A stretch of 64,000 nucleotides of DNA from a virus, in IMG/VR virus record IMGVR_UViG_3300028920_000040, positions 32,001 to 96,000 of that record; one strand, written 5' to 3'. The notes beneath the pieces are model-generated. The model had not been told where the DNA came from, did not search any database, and saw nothing but the letters and a program-made list of their open reading frames with translations. Of this stretch, positions 20,886 through 30,076 are shown in pieces. The position numbers and the translations under genes are program-made. Each line of letters starts with the position of its first letter. Position 1 is the first letter of the stretch.

Positions 20886-23375
20886 ATGCCTAACACTGTT
20901 GTTACCTCAGCCGGACTTGATTATATTACATGTGCTTCCGATGTAGGAACACTCATTGCAATTAAGTACTTTGTTCCTGTTTATGACTACCGATACGATC
21001 CTGAAGTCATAACGAGTGGGGCATACTCCGCCGTGTCTGATGAAGTAGAGGGTCTTAGTGCGCCCGTTGGTGAAATTATTTGGAATACATCTGCGGATGA
21101 TGGATATGCACTTCTACAAAATGCTATTTTATCTGCTGGTGATCCTCCGGTTGGAGATTTGGTTACTAATCATCCTTGGAATAACTGGCCAGGAGAAGGT
21201 GTCAACACATATAATGGCGTGCCTCTATCAGATAGTTATGTTGGCGATTCTATTTCTATGAGTGGTGCTAATAACTTCGTAGTAGAAAATATTCAATCTT
21301 CTGCCGGTAATAATGATCCTTATACTGCTACTAATGATAAGTTTTTCCCAGTTACAGATTATTATCCTGTAACAAGTGGTGGAAATATTCGCGGATCGTG
21401 GAAATGTAGACTTGGTAAAACTATTGGTAAATGTAAATTCAATAAGGTTGCTCTTTATGTTACAGCATTTATAAATGGTGTTCAGACAAGCGATCCTCCT
21501 GTTTTCTTTGCAGAAGCGTCAATAGATTCTCCTATTGTTAAAACCGACTTAGCACAACAGGGATATGATGATGTTGTCATGGATGTGCAGATAGATATAC
21601 AATCTGTTACATCCGCATTTGATAGTGTATTCTTTTCTACTTCAGGAGACTATTGGAGCAGAAGTCCCGACGGTTCTCTTTATTATCCTGAAAAGATTGG
21701 TGTTGGAAGTTTTGAAGGCGGATTAGAAAACCCACAGGCAACAGCACATCTTAGAAGAACAAGAAGTACTTCGGGTATTCCTCAAGTAAGAATAGATGAA
21801 GATTATGATTATTATGCAACAATTGATGTAAGTGATTATGCATTTGCGGCGAATAAACTAACATTTCTTGATATTAATTTAGAGAATGCTAATTCAGGAA
21901 CTTCTGCACTTAAAAATTTAGGAGCAATAAGACCAGATATAGATGCTTATTATTATTTGGGATATGATATTGGTGCTACTACTCCAACTAGAAGATGGCG
22001 CGGCGCATATTTTTCACATACAATAAATGTTGGTGATGGAGATGGTGCTTCAAATAGAGTATTAATTAGTTCGGCGTCTGGTGTTACATTGTATAATGGT
22101 ACTGATAATAATCTTAATTTTGTTGGTGGCGATCTTTATAGAGATGAAACAGAACTTCTTACATATACAAGAAGCAGTAGTACGTCTGGAAAAGATGTAT
22201 GGGCTATTGCTGGAGTAGATGAGACAGGAACATGGTATGATAATATTTCTCATAATGAAATATTAAGTGCGGCTACTGGTACTTCACCAACTGCGGCAAC
22301 ATATAAAGGAAGATTTAATAAGTATGCTTCATTAAATATGTTAGCTCGTAATGGAGCAAATGTTTATGGATATATTAATGTCGATTCTAGAGGAACTCCA
22401 GATGTAGGAACTACGCAGTTTGATCAGGGGCTTGTAATGTCTAATCAAAATGCATTGGTATTAATAGGAGGATTATCAGGAAATATTGGTACGACACTTA
22501 TAGTTGATAAAATTAACAACGGGCTTCCTAATGTATTTGATCCATATTTAAAAACAGATGCTAGACTTGATCTTATATCTAGAACCATTTATACATATGG
22601 AAATATTATTCCTTGGTCAACTTCGGCCCATGATATTGGAAGCCAATCTAGAGTTTATAATAATATTTATGCGAATAGTATTGGTACTGTTTCTAAAAAG
22701 ATTTCTAGTATATATGGAAATATAGTATATGGAGAAAAAATTTCTACTAACACAACATTTACATTAAATCCTTATTATACAGATACAGATGGTTTTTATG
22801 AATTAAGTAGAGGAGTACCGAACGGATATTGGTCTTATTTACCAAATCTTTCATATACTGCAGGTAGTACTATCTTTGGGTCTGAGGCAATAGGACTTCC
22901 GTCAATTGATGGAACAGCAAATCTTACAGTTGGAGAAGATAATCCTTCTATGAGTGATTTGGGACAGGTTTTCAAGAAATTTAAGGTTTATGATTTTAAA
23001 TATACATTTTTAGGAAAAACAATAATATTGTCATTTACTATTTACGTAGAGTTTCAAGAAAATAGTAATCCATTAAACGATATTGGAGGATCATCACTTG
23101 AATCATTTTTTCCATTTAATATAACATTTGATCCAACACATGCTGGTACACTAAATGCAGAAACATATGAAAGTTATGAAAGTCAAGTATGTAGTAATGG
23201 AAACTACAGTATTGAAACTCCTATATTTATTGGAGCATCGACTCCTACTTCAGAAGAAAATAAAATTATTTTTAAAGTATATAGTGAGGCATTAGTAACT
23301 GGTGGTGGATTTGGAGAAACTCCAGATGATCAAGGAAGTTATCTAAAATTTAATCTTATTCGTCAATTAAGATAA
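20886..23375 (+). CDS. baseplate-attached fibre/receptor-binding protein
   Basis: N-terminal TVVTSAGL resembles tail-fibre anchor domains. IIPWSTSAHDIGS..YNNIY repeats are typical of fibres. Confidence 0.55.
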   Translation: MPNTVVTSAGLDYITCASDVGTLIAIKYFVPVYDYRYDPEVITSGAYSAVSDEVEGLSAPVGEIIWNTSADDGYALLQNAILSAGDPPVGDLVTNHPWNNWPGEGVNTYNGVPLSDSYVGDSISMSGANNFVVENIQSSAGNNDPYTATNDKFFPVTDYYPVTSGGNIRGSWKCRLGKTIGKCKFNKVALYVTAFINGVQTSDPPVFFAEASIDSPIVKTDLAQQGYDDVVMDVQIDIQSVTSAFDSVFFSTSGDYWSRSPDGSLYYPEKIGVGSFEGGLENPQATAHLRRTRSTSGIPQVRIDEDYDYYATIDVSDYAFAANKLTFLDINLENANSGTSALKNLGAIRPDIDAYYYLGYDIGATTPTRRWRGAYFSHTINVGDGDGASNRVLISSASGVTLYNGTDNNLNFVGGDLYRDETELLTYTRSSSTSGKDVWAIAGVDETGTWYDNISHNEILSAATGTSPTAATYKGRFNKYASLNMLARNGANVYGYINVDSRGTPDVGTTQFDQGLVMSNQNALVLIGGLSGNIGTTLIVDKINNGLPNVFDPYLKTDARLDLISRTIYTYGNIIPWSTSAHDIGSQSRVYNNIYANSIGTVSKKISSIYGNIVYGEKISTNTTFTLNPYYTDTDGFYELSRGVPNGYWSYLPNLSYTAGSTIFGSEAIGLPSIDGTANLTVGEDNPSMSDLGQVFKKFKVYDFKYTFLGKTIILSFTIYVEFQENSNPLNDIGGSSLESFFPFNITFDPTHAGTLNAETYESYESQVCSNGNYSIETPIFIGASTPTSEENKIIFKVYSEALVTGGGFGETPDDQGSYLKFNLIRQLR

Positions 23376-23387
23376 TTGGAGTAATAA

Positions 23388-23918
23388 ATGTCTTTCAACT
23401 TTAACACTTTTCATTCAGATCGTTGGACTGCTACTTTCAGTAACATCCCCGGTCTTAATAATTTAAAGGAAATGCAATACTTTGATAACTTTGTTAAGAG
23501 TGTTGTTATTCCTGATTATAATGCAGTCGAAATATTTTCTGACTGGAATGGATTTAGAGTTAGACATCCTACTCCAAAAAGAAATGAAGACCTTTCTCAA
23601 ATACAATTTGAATTCAAACTTGCAGAGAATTTAAGAAATTATTTTGCATTTTTTAATTGGATGAGAAATATTAAATATGGTAATATGACAACAGACGACG
23701 AATTGTTTAGAAAATTTACAATAAAAACAATTGGTCTAAATATACTTGATAATCAAAAAAGAGAAGTGTCTAGATTAATATTTACACAATGTTTTCTTTT
23801 AACATTAAGTTCATTATCTCTTTCGACTGGTGAAAGTGAAGAAATTAGTTTTACCGCAAACTTTAGTTATGAAGAGGTAAATTACGAAGATAGAGAAGGA
23901 ATCTGTACACAAAGTTAA
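23388..23918 (+). CDS. gp3: tail completion/tube terminator, gp3-like (tube fold)
   Basis: SVVIP..ENLRNY..FNWM..LNILDN..LSSLSL..FTANFSY matches the gp3/tail-tube fold pattern. Confidence 0.6.
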   Translation: MSFNFNTFHSDRWTATFSNIPGLNNLKEMQYFDNFVKSVVIPDYNAVEIFSDWNGFRVRHPTPKRNEDLSQIQFEFKLAENLRNYFAFFNWMRNIKYGNMTTDDELFRKFTIKTIGLNILDNQKREVSRLIFTQCFLLTLSSLSLSTGESEEISFTANFSYEEVNYEDREGICTQS

Positions 23919-23959
23919 AATAATAAATAGAGATATAGCTAGCGTTGAGGAGGATTGAA

Positions 23960-24343
23960 ATGGAAGAATTGAAACTACTTGAAATTAAGCCACTTGTAGA
24001 TATAAAGATAATAAAAGAATCTTTAAACAGAATGGGAATCGCTAATAAGAAAAAGAGAGTATTATACCCTTCATGTTATTTGTATGAGAGAGAGAATGAA
24101 TTTTTTCTGGTACACTTTAAGGAGATGTTTCTTTTAACAAGAGAAAATGCTTATAATTCAATATGTGAAGACGATATTTTAAGGAAAAATGCTATTGCTT
24201 TTTGCCTTAAAAATTGGAATTTAATAGAAGTAAATGATGAAGATATTGAACCACACAATAAAATGGTGTTCGTTCTTCCGTTTAGTGAAAAGAAAAATTG
24301 GATCGTAAGCCACAAATTTAACACAAGGACTATAAATAGTTAA
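23960..24343 (+). CDS. regA: RegA translational repressor
   Basis: IKESLNRMGIANKKKRVLYPSCYL..LVHFKEMFLL..RKNAIA..LKNWNLI. GAGGAGG RBS before the ATG at 23960. Confidence 0.88.
   Translation: MEELKLLEIKPLVDIKIIKESLNRMGIANKKKRVLYPSCYLYERENEFFLVHFKEMFLLTRENAYNSICEDDILRKNAIAFCLKNWNLIEVNDEDIEPHNKMVFVLPFSEKKNWIVSHKFNTRTINS
24331..24338 (+). promoter_or_regulatory. T4-type late promoter TATAAATA
   Basis: Exact motif at the end of regA, upstream of the 24357 small ORF. Confidence 0.6.
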
Positions 24344-24356
24344 TAAGGAATAGATT

Positions 24357-24500
24357 ATGTTGAACGAGGATATTGAATACGATGAAAAATCTATGTCTAT
24401 GATGGATGAAAACGATCTTGAAGATTTTAGTGATTTCGAAGATTATTTTGGAATTGCTGATAATAGTGAAGAAGAAAATATAGAAGAACTTAATTTCTAA
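24357..24500 (+). CDS. 47-aa highly acidic peptide (not in ORF track)
   Basis: MLNEDIEYDEKSMSMMDENDLEDFSDFEDYFGIADNSEEENIEELNF*, with AAGGA RBS; fills the gap between genes. Confidence 0.65.
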   Translation: MLNEDIEYDEKSMSMMDENDLEDFSDFEDYFGIADNSEEENIEELNF

Positions 24501-24519
24501 TAACACAAGGAGAATTGTT

Positions 24520-25911
24520 ATGTCATTTGGATTTCTGGAATACCTAAAAGACTATCAAAACGAGGATGTCGATGGCGTCCAGAAGATTCTTGATGATAAG
24601 TACGAAAAGACTTACGAAATCATCAAGGAAGCCTTCTATGGTGATTTTGTTTCTAAGAACGAAGCTATCGATAAGATCAAGGAAGAATTTGTATCAAAAG
24701 ATGCACCAAAGAAAATTGATAAGGAATTTATCAAGGAAAATATGGATTACATCATTGAGCAAGTGAATGATCTTGACGAAGGCGAGATTCGTATTATTAT
24801 TAATAATGACGTTAATAAGGGTAAGAACGGTCCTGCGGCTCCGGTCATGGCTCCCGCAAATGTTGCCGTTATGCCTGATATGTCCGGTGACATAGAATAC
24901 GAATGTGATGAAAAAGGTAAGAAAGGCCCCGGCAGACCTAAGAAAAAAATTGTTGATGAAAAGAAAGAAGAAGAAGAAGTCGACGAGGCTTGTAGTAAAA
25001 AGAATAAGAAAGACAAGAAAGAAAAGATAGAAGAAGAAGCAGAGGCTCTTGAAGAGGCTAAGAAGAAGAAAAAGAAGAAGAAGAAAGAAGAAGAGCCAGA
25101 GGAAGAAGAAGTAACTGATATCGACGACGCAGATGCTGAGACTGCTGAAGAAGAAACTCCAGAGGAAGAAAATTCCGATGAAGATGCTTCGGAAGAGGAA
25201 GAAGAAAAGGCTGAAGACGAAGAAGAAGAAACCGACGAGGCTCCTGAAGGTTCTGAATCCGATGAAGAAGACAAAGAAGATTTCGATATGAGTATTGACG
25301 ATCTTGATTTGTATATGGACCCAGAAGAACTTGCTGGTGAAGAAAAGGGAGAAAAAGAGGAAGAGGAAGAAGAAGAAAAAGCAGACGAGCCTGAAGAAGA
25401 AGAAACTGAAGGCGAGGACGAGGAAGAAGAAACTGAAGGCGAGGACGAGGAAGAAGAAACTGAAGGCGAGGAAGAAGATACTGAGGACGAGGAAGAAGAC
25501 GAAGACGGCAAAAAGAAAAAGAAAAAGAAGAAAAAGAAGAAAGCCGATGCCGATGATGAAGAGGCTGAAGACGACGATGCAATAGAAGACTTCGAAGAGT
25601 CTGACGAAGTCAAGTTTGAAAAGTATCTTGAAAAAAAAAAGTTAACGGAGTCTGAAATTAAAGTTCAGGATATTTTTGCAGACAATGATGATATAAAAGA
25701 TTATCTCATGGATATAACTGAAGGCGATTATGATAGTATTGAATGGGGAGATTCTGAAATCGAATATGATGGAGAAGTCTTAGCCAGAAAATTAACTAAA
25801 GAAGAAGTTAAAGAAATATTATCTAAAGACGATGATCTTTCTGCGAAAGTATCATCTGCAATAGAAAATGCAGACGATCCAGATAATCCAGAACCTTGGT
25901 ATGTCAAATAA
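24520..25911 (+). CDS. very acidic low-complexity protein with poly-Lys tracts, possible head core/internal protein
   Basis: E/D-rich with two long poly-Lys runs; AGGAG RBS. Confidence 0.6.
   Translation: MSFGFLEYLKDYQNEDVDGVQKILDDKYEKTYEIIKEAFYGDFVSKNEAIDKIKEEFVSKDAPKKIDKEFIKENMDYIIEQVNDLDEGEIRIIINNDVNKGKNGPAAPVMAPANVAVMPDMSGDIEYECDEKGKKGPGRPKKKIVDEKKEEEEVDEACSKKNKKDKKEKIEEEAEALEEAKKKKKKKKKEEEPEEEEVTDIDDADAETAEEETPEEENSDEDASEEEEEKAEDEEEETDEAPEGSESDEEDKEDFDMSIDDLDLYMDPEELAGEEKGEKEEEEEEEKADEPEEEETEGEDEEEETEGEDEEEETEGEEEDTEDEEEDEDGKKKKKKKKKKKADADDEEAEDDDAIEDFEESDEVKFEKYLEKKKLTESEIKVQDIFADNDDIKDYLMDITEGDYDSIEWGDSEIEYDGEVLARKLTKEEVKEILSKDDDLSAKVSSAIENADDPDNPEPWYVK
25396..25470 (+). repeat. 27-bp tandem repeat (about 2.8 copies, EEETEGEDE)
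   Basis: gaagaagaaactgaaggcgaggacgag twice plus a partial third copy. Confidence 0.85.
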
Positions 25912-25923
25912 AAGGAGAAATAA

Positions 25924-26202
25924 ATGATAGAAAAAGAAATGGATAAAAAACAACTTCAAGAAGCTAATCGTTTTCTTAGCATGGATGAAGTCTATCAGAT
26001 GGACGATGAAGGTGAAATTGCCGTTGAGACTGCAAAAGAAACCATTTCAAGATTTCTTGCCAACTCCATAGTGAATGGTGCTCTTGAGAAGCAGATTAAG
26101 AAAGACGATCCTAGTCTTGATAGAGATCAGGTTGATTTCGTTATGACGGAGATTAGAAGTATTACGAAGAAGATCGATAAGCTTTTTATGAAGATTGATT
26201 AA
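25924..26202 (+). CDS. hypothetical protein
   Basis: AGGAG RBS, 92 aa. Confidence 0.6.
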   Translation: MIEKEMDKKQLQEANRFLSMDEVYQMDDEGEIAVETAKETISRFLANSIVNGALEKQIKKDDPSLDRDQVDFVMTEIRSITKKIDKLFMKID

Positions 26203-26211
26203 GGAGATAGT

Positions 26212-27486
26212 ATGAGATTTGCTTCTTATTACTATTTAAGAGAGGATACACGTCCTCTCTTTTTATTAGAAGGGGGTGCTTACGGGCACCTGACACATCC
26301 CTTCGAAGATATTGATCTTACATTTGAAGATGTTAAAAAGATGATCAAAGCAGGTCTTCGCGGTGAGTTAAAAACTACACAAGAAAAAACAGACGGGCAA
26401 AATTTACTTGTAACATGGAAAGACGGCCGTCTTCACGCCGCTAGAAATAAAGGACATCTTAGAAACTTTGGTAGAGATTCTTTAACAAGAGAAGAATTAG
26501 AAAGTTTCTTTGAAGGAAGAGGCGCAATTAAAGATGCTTTTTCTTTTGCAATGCGCGATCTTGAAAATGCTCTCAATGCACTACCAGACGAAAAGACAGA
26601 CGAAATGTTTGGTAATGGTAAAAAGTTTATGTCTATTGAGATCATTTATCCTGAAACAGAAAATGTTATTCCTTATGAAACAGAAATGATTATTCCTCAT
26701 GGTTTAATAGAATTTGATGAAGAGGGAAATTCTATTTCAGAAGATAAAGAATCTGCAAGAGAATTATTTAAAACAATACAGAAGACAAATGCAGACATAC
26801 AAAAGACATTTAAGCTTCGCCCTCCACATGATATTGAAGGACTTAAGGTTGTAAGGTCCGATGATACAGAAAAACAATTATTTGATATAATAAATAAACG
26901 TATTGCAAAATTTGGTCTTTCTGATAAGGATACTATTGGAAGATATGTAGAAGAATATTTTGAAAAGATAATAGAAGAAAAAGCAGATAGTTTTGATTAT
27001 GATATTCCAAGACATGTTGCAAACGAAATAGTAACAAGATGGGCTAGAAACGATAAGTCATATGGAATCTCTCAAATCAAAAAAGATATAGATAATAAAG
27101 AATTTAAAGAGTGGTTCTCCGCAAATGATAAACATGCTGGTGAAGAAGTTAATAATTCTTTATATTGGCTTAAGAAAATCTTTAGAATATTTGGTGTTGA
27201 GTTGTTAAAGAATATGACAAAATTCTTGGCATTAAATCCTCAAGATGCTTCTAAAAAGATTAAGGAAAAGTTAGATAAAGAAATTGAAGAAATTAAATCT
27301 AGTAATGATGAAGGAGCTATAAAGAAGCTTGAAGCTCTTTTGAAAAAATTAGATGATATTGGTGGTTTTGATTCTGTAATTCCTACTGAAGGAATAACAT
27401 TCTTTTATAATGGCAAACTTTATAAAATTACTGGTGGATTTGGTCCTATTAATCAAATTCTTGGAATAAGGAAGTTTGCAAGATGA
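26212..27486 (+). CDS. putative ligase-like covalent nucleotidyltransferase (KxDG)
   Basis: QEKTDGQN resembles ligase motif I, PTEGITF motif IV and LYK motif V. CTS-like N-terminus MRFASYYYLRE. Confidence 0.5.
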   Translation: MRFASYYYLREDTRPLFLLEGGAYGHLTHPFEDIDLTFEDVKKMIKAGLRGELKTTQEKTDGQNLLVTWKDGRLHAARNKGHLRNFGRDSLTREELESFFEGRGAIKDAFSFAMRDLENALNALPDEKTDEMFGNGKKFMSIEIIYPETENVIPYETEMIIPHGLIEFDEEGNSISEDKESARELFKTIQKTNADIQKTFKLRPPHDIEGLKVVRSDDTEKQLFDIINKRIAKFGLSDKDTIGRYVEEYFEKIIEEKADSFDYDIPRHVANEIVTRWARNDKSYGISQIKKDIDNKEFKEWFSANDKHAGEEVNNSLYWLKKIFRIFGVELLKNMTKFLALNPQDASKKIKEKLDKEIEEIKSSNDEGAIKKLEALLKKLDDIGGFDSVIPTEGITFFYNGKLYKITGGFGPINQILGIRKFAR

Positions 27487-27941
27487 CAATTTTAGAAAAC
27501 GTACAATTAATACTTGATAAGAAAAATGATCCTTTAAGAGACGATGGTATCATAGAAATTCGTGGTAAAAATATAATTGATGATGAAAATCTTGATTATA
27601 AAAAACTTGGAGGAAATGTTTCTTTCGATCCAATTGAAATAAAGTTTCTTGAAAAAGAATATCATTTTAAGCCAATAAAAATAGGTAAATCTTTTGCTGA
27701 ATGGGTTTGGTCAGACGAAGAAAACAAAAAAACGATTGTAAGAGTTACTAAAAAAAGTTGGAAAGGAAAGTCTGGAAAATACATATATGATGTATCTCAA
27801 TCCGGATCAGTTGAAAAGTGGCAAGATAAACATAAGAATAAGTTTCTTAGTGTAGATAGAGATGTATTTTCAACTCCATTTGATGAACCTAGTAAAAACG
27901 CATTTAGAAAATTTTTAAATACAGTAGGAATATTTGAATGA
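27483..27941 (+). CDS. hypothetical protein
   Basis: ATGA-coupled to its neighbours. Confidence 0.6.
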   Translation: MTILENVQLILDKKNDPLRDDGIIEIRGKNIIDDENLDYKKLGGNVSFDPIEIKFLEKEYHFKPIKIGKSFAEWVWSDEENKKTIVRVTKKSWKGKSGKYIYDVSQSGSVEKWQDKHKNKFLSVDRDVFSTPFDEPSKNAFRKFLNTVGIFE

Positions 27942-28528
27942 AATTTCAAAAGTTTTATGAATCAAAAAAGAAAACTCCTGTAGTAGTATTTGCAGGACGT
28001 TTTCAGCCTTTTCATGTCGGTCATAAAGAAACTTATGATAATTTAGTTGAAAAGTTTGGAAAGGATAATGTTTATATAGCAACTTCTAATAAAGTAGAAT
28101 TGCCAAAATCTCCTTTTAGATTTGCTGAAAAAAGAAAAATTATAAGGAAGATGTTTAAGATTCCTTCTGATAAAATAGTTCAGGTTAAAAATCCATATGC
28201 TCCTTTAGAAGTATTAGAAAAATATCCTAAAAATTCTGCATATGTTGCTGTTGTTGGAAAGAAAGATGCTGATCGATTGATGAAGGGCAAATATTTTGAT
28301 ATGTATAAGGACGATATTCCCCTTGATAAATACGAAGATAAAGGTTATATTTACGTGGCTCCACAAAATACAAAGTTCTTTAATGGAAAGCGTATCACAG
28401 GAACTCTTGTAAGAGAGGTATTGAAGGATGGTTCAGCCGAAGATAAGATGGATTTATTTAATGAACTATATCCAAAATTTAATCAGGAAATATTTGATTT
28501 AGTAATAAATAAAATTAGAGGAGAATAG
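27938..28528 (+). CDS. HIGH-family nucleotidyl(cytidylyl)transferase
   Basis: VVVFAGRFQPFHVGH; ITGTLVR is equivalent to the SSTxxR motif. Confidence 0.8.
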   Translation: MKFQKFYESKKKTPVVVFAGRFQPFHVGHKETYDNLVEKFGKDNVYIATSNKVELPKSPFRFAEKRKIIRKMFKIPSDKIVQVKNPYAPLEVLEKYPKNSAYVAVVGKKDADRLMKGKYFDMYKDDIPLDKYEDKGYIYVAPQNTKFFNGKRITGTLVREVLKDGSAEDKMDLFNELYPKFNQEIFDLVINKIRGE

Positions 28529-28529
28529 A

Positions 28530-29018
28530 ATGAGTTTCAAGGATTATTTCAGAAAGAAAATAGACGAAGTTAAATTAGGAAATATGTTTCCTGTTAGAAA
28601 AATTCCTGTTGACTTTAAGCAGTGGCAATACCCAAAGGAACACAAAACTCTTCCTTTTAATGACCATGAAATTTCTGTTATAAGGGAAATAATCAATCGA
28701 AGCGAAGATACTGTATATCCTGTTAATATAATGGTTTCAAAAGATAAGACGACTATTTTACTTCAATGGGAAGAGTATATGGACCCAGCTTCAGGAAATT
28801 CTGGAGCTTTATATAAAATTGATGGTGGAGATAAAAAATATTATTGGGCATCATTTCAAAGACCTGAAGAAATGGGTTGGGGACAAGAAACCGATCCTGA
28901 AAGGTCTACTTCAAAAGACGATATAAAAAATTATAGCTTCTCTCCTGAAAAGGAAGACGATATTCTTAAACTTCGTAAGCTTATAGTCATTCATGCAAGG
29001 CCTGGAAGAAATATATAA
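28530..29018 (+). CDS. hypothetical protein with CTS-like N-terminus
   Basis: Starts MSFKDYFRKKIDE. Confidence 0.6.
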   Translation: MSFKDYFRKKIDEVKLGNMFPVRKIPVDFKQWQYPKEHKTLPFNDHEISVIREIINRSEDTVYPVNIMVSKDKTTILLQWEEYMDPASGNSGALYKIDGGDKKYYWASFQRPEEMGWGQETDPERSTSKDDIKNYSFSPEKEDDILKLRKLIVIHARPGRNI

Positions 29019-29262
29019 TTCATTGACAAATATGATAAAAAATATTATTTTTAATGTAAAGAAGTGTTTTCATTTAACATTTTTAATGTTAATATTTTCT
29101 GCATTTTTAAAATGCGGACCTGTTATGACTTATTATACTTCTAACGAAAAAGAAATAGGAAATATACAGTACTTTCCAGAATTTGACAAAGTATTAGATA
29201 CAACGATATATAATAGTGGTGAAAATAAAATATACGGAGTTAGATACAGAATTAAAAAATAA
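28993..29262 (+). CDS. small hypothetical protein with hydrophobic segment (true start uncertain)
   Basis: FHLTFLMLIFSAFLKC hydrophobic stretch; the start is probably downstream of the track start. Confidence 0.4.
   Translation: MQGLEEIYNSLTNMIKNIIFNVKKCFHLTFLMLIFSAFLKCGPVMTYYTSNEKEIGNIQYFPEFDKVLDTTIYNSGENKIYGVRYRIKK
29023..29051 (+). promoter_or_regulatory. candidate sigma70-type promoter upstream of glycan cluster
   Basis: TTGACA (29023-29028), 17-nt spacer, TATTTT (29046-29051). The AT-rich background weakens the -10 call. Confidence 0.35.
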
Positions 29263-29287
29263 TAATTGAAATATTGAAGGAAAGTAT

Positions 29288-30076
29288 ATGATCAGAATAA
29301 TTTCTGGTTGGTCAAATCCCGGCGGATCGACCACCGCATTTATTAACCTCACAAACGCACTTAATGAAGTAGGATACGAAACTATATTTTGCGGTCCTCA
29401 TAATTGGCATTTAAACAAATGTCGTGCTGAACAAACTGTTCCCGGTACTAAACTTAAAATACACAAAGACGATTCCTTAATTATTCATTTCATGAATAAA
29501 TTTCAAGTCAGACCTCCTGTTAAAAAATTTATATTAAGTTCTCATGAACAAGATATACTTCCTATTAAAAATCTCAATTATAAAATATTTGATAAAATTC
29601 ATTTTGTAAGTACTCATCAAAAAGAATATCATGATGTAGACCATCCTCATTTTATATTACCAAATATATTGGACGATCTTAAACCAGGTAATAAACCAAA
29701 TAGCAAGGTCGGCGGCATCATAGGATCAATAGATGGAAATAAAAGAGTACATCAATCGATTAGAAATGCATTAAAAGATGGTTGTGAGAAGGTACTTATC
29801 TTTGGTAATATATCCGATCCTTGGTATTGGCAGAATAAAGTAAAGTGTTTAATTGATGGAAGCAAAGTTGTTTATTGTGGATATGTAGATGATAAACAAA
29901 AAATATATAATATGATAACAGATGTATATCATTCTTCTAAACTTGAAACATGGGGATATATTAAGGGAGAATGCAAACTTACAAATACAAATTATCATGG
30001 AAATAATTCGACTAATGGATATTGGGAAATGGATAAAGAAAAAATAATTGATTCTTGGACAAAGGAGCTGGCATGA
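29288..30076 (+). CDS. glycosyltransferase, GT-B (GT4-like)
   Basis: Motifs PGGSTT, IHFVS..Q, IIGSIDGNK, YHSSKLETWG. Confidence 0.7.
   Translation: MIRIISGWSNPGGSTTAFINLTNALNEVGYETIFCGPHNWHLNKCRAEQTVPGTKLKIHKDDSLIIHFMNKFQVRPPVKKFILSSHEQDILPIKNLNYKIFDKIHFVSTHQKEYHDVDHPHFILPNILDDLKPGNKPNSKVGGIIGSIDGNKRVHQSIRNALKDGCEKVLIFGNISDPWYWQNKVKCLIDGSKVVYCGYVDDKQKIYNMITDVYHSSKLETWGYIKGECKLTNTNYHGNNSTNGYWEMDKEKIIDSWTKELA

Noticed and set aside
25396-25470. 27-bp repeat as a CRISPR array
   Set aside because: The copies are contiguous and in frame, with no spacers.
24747-25613. 288-aa and 174-aa minus-strand ORFs and alternative-frame plus ORFs
   Set aside because: Shadows of the GAA/AAG-rich low-complexity gene (poly-Ser/Phe translation); no independent coding signal.
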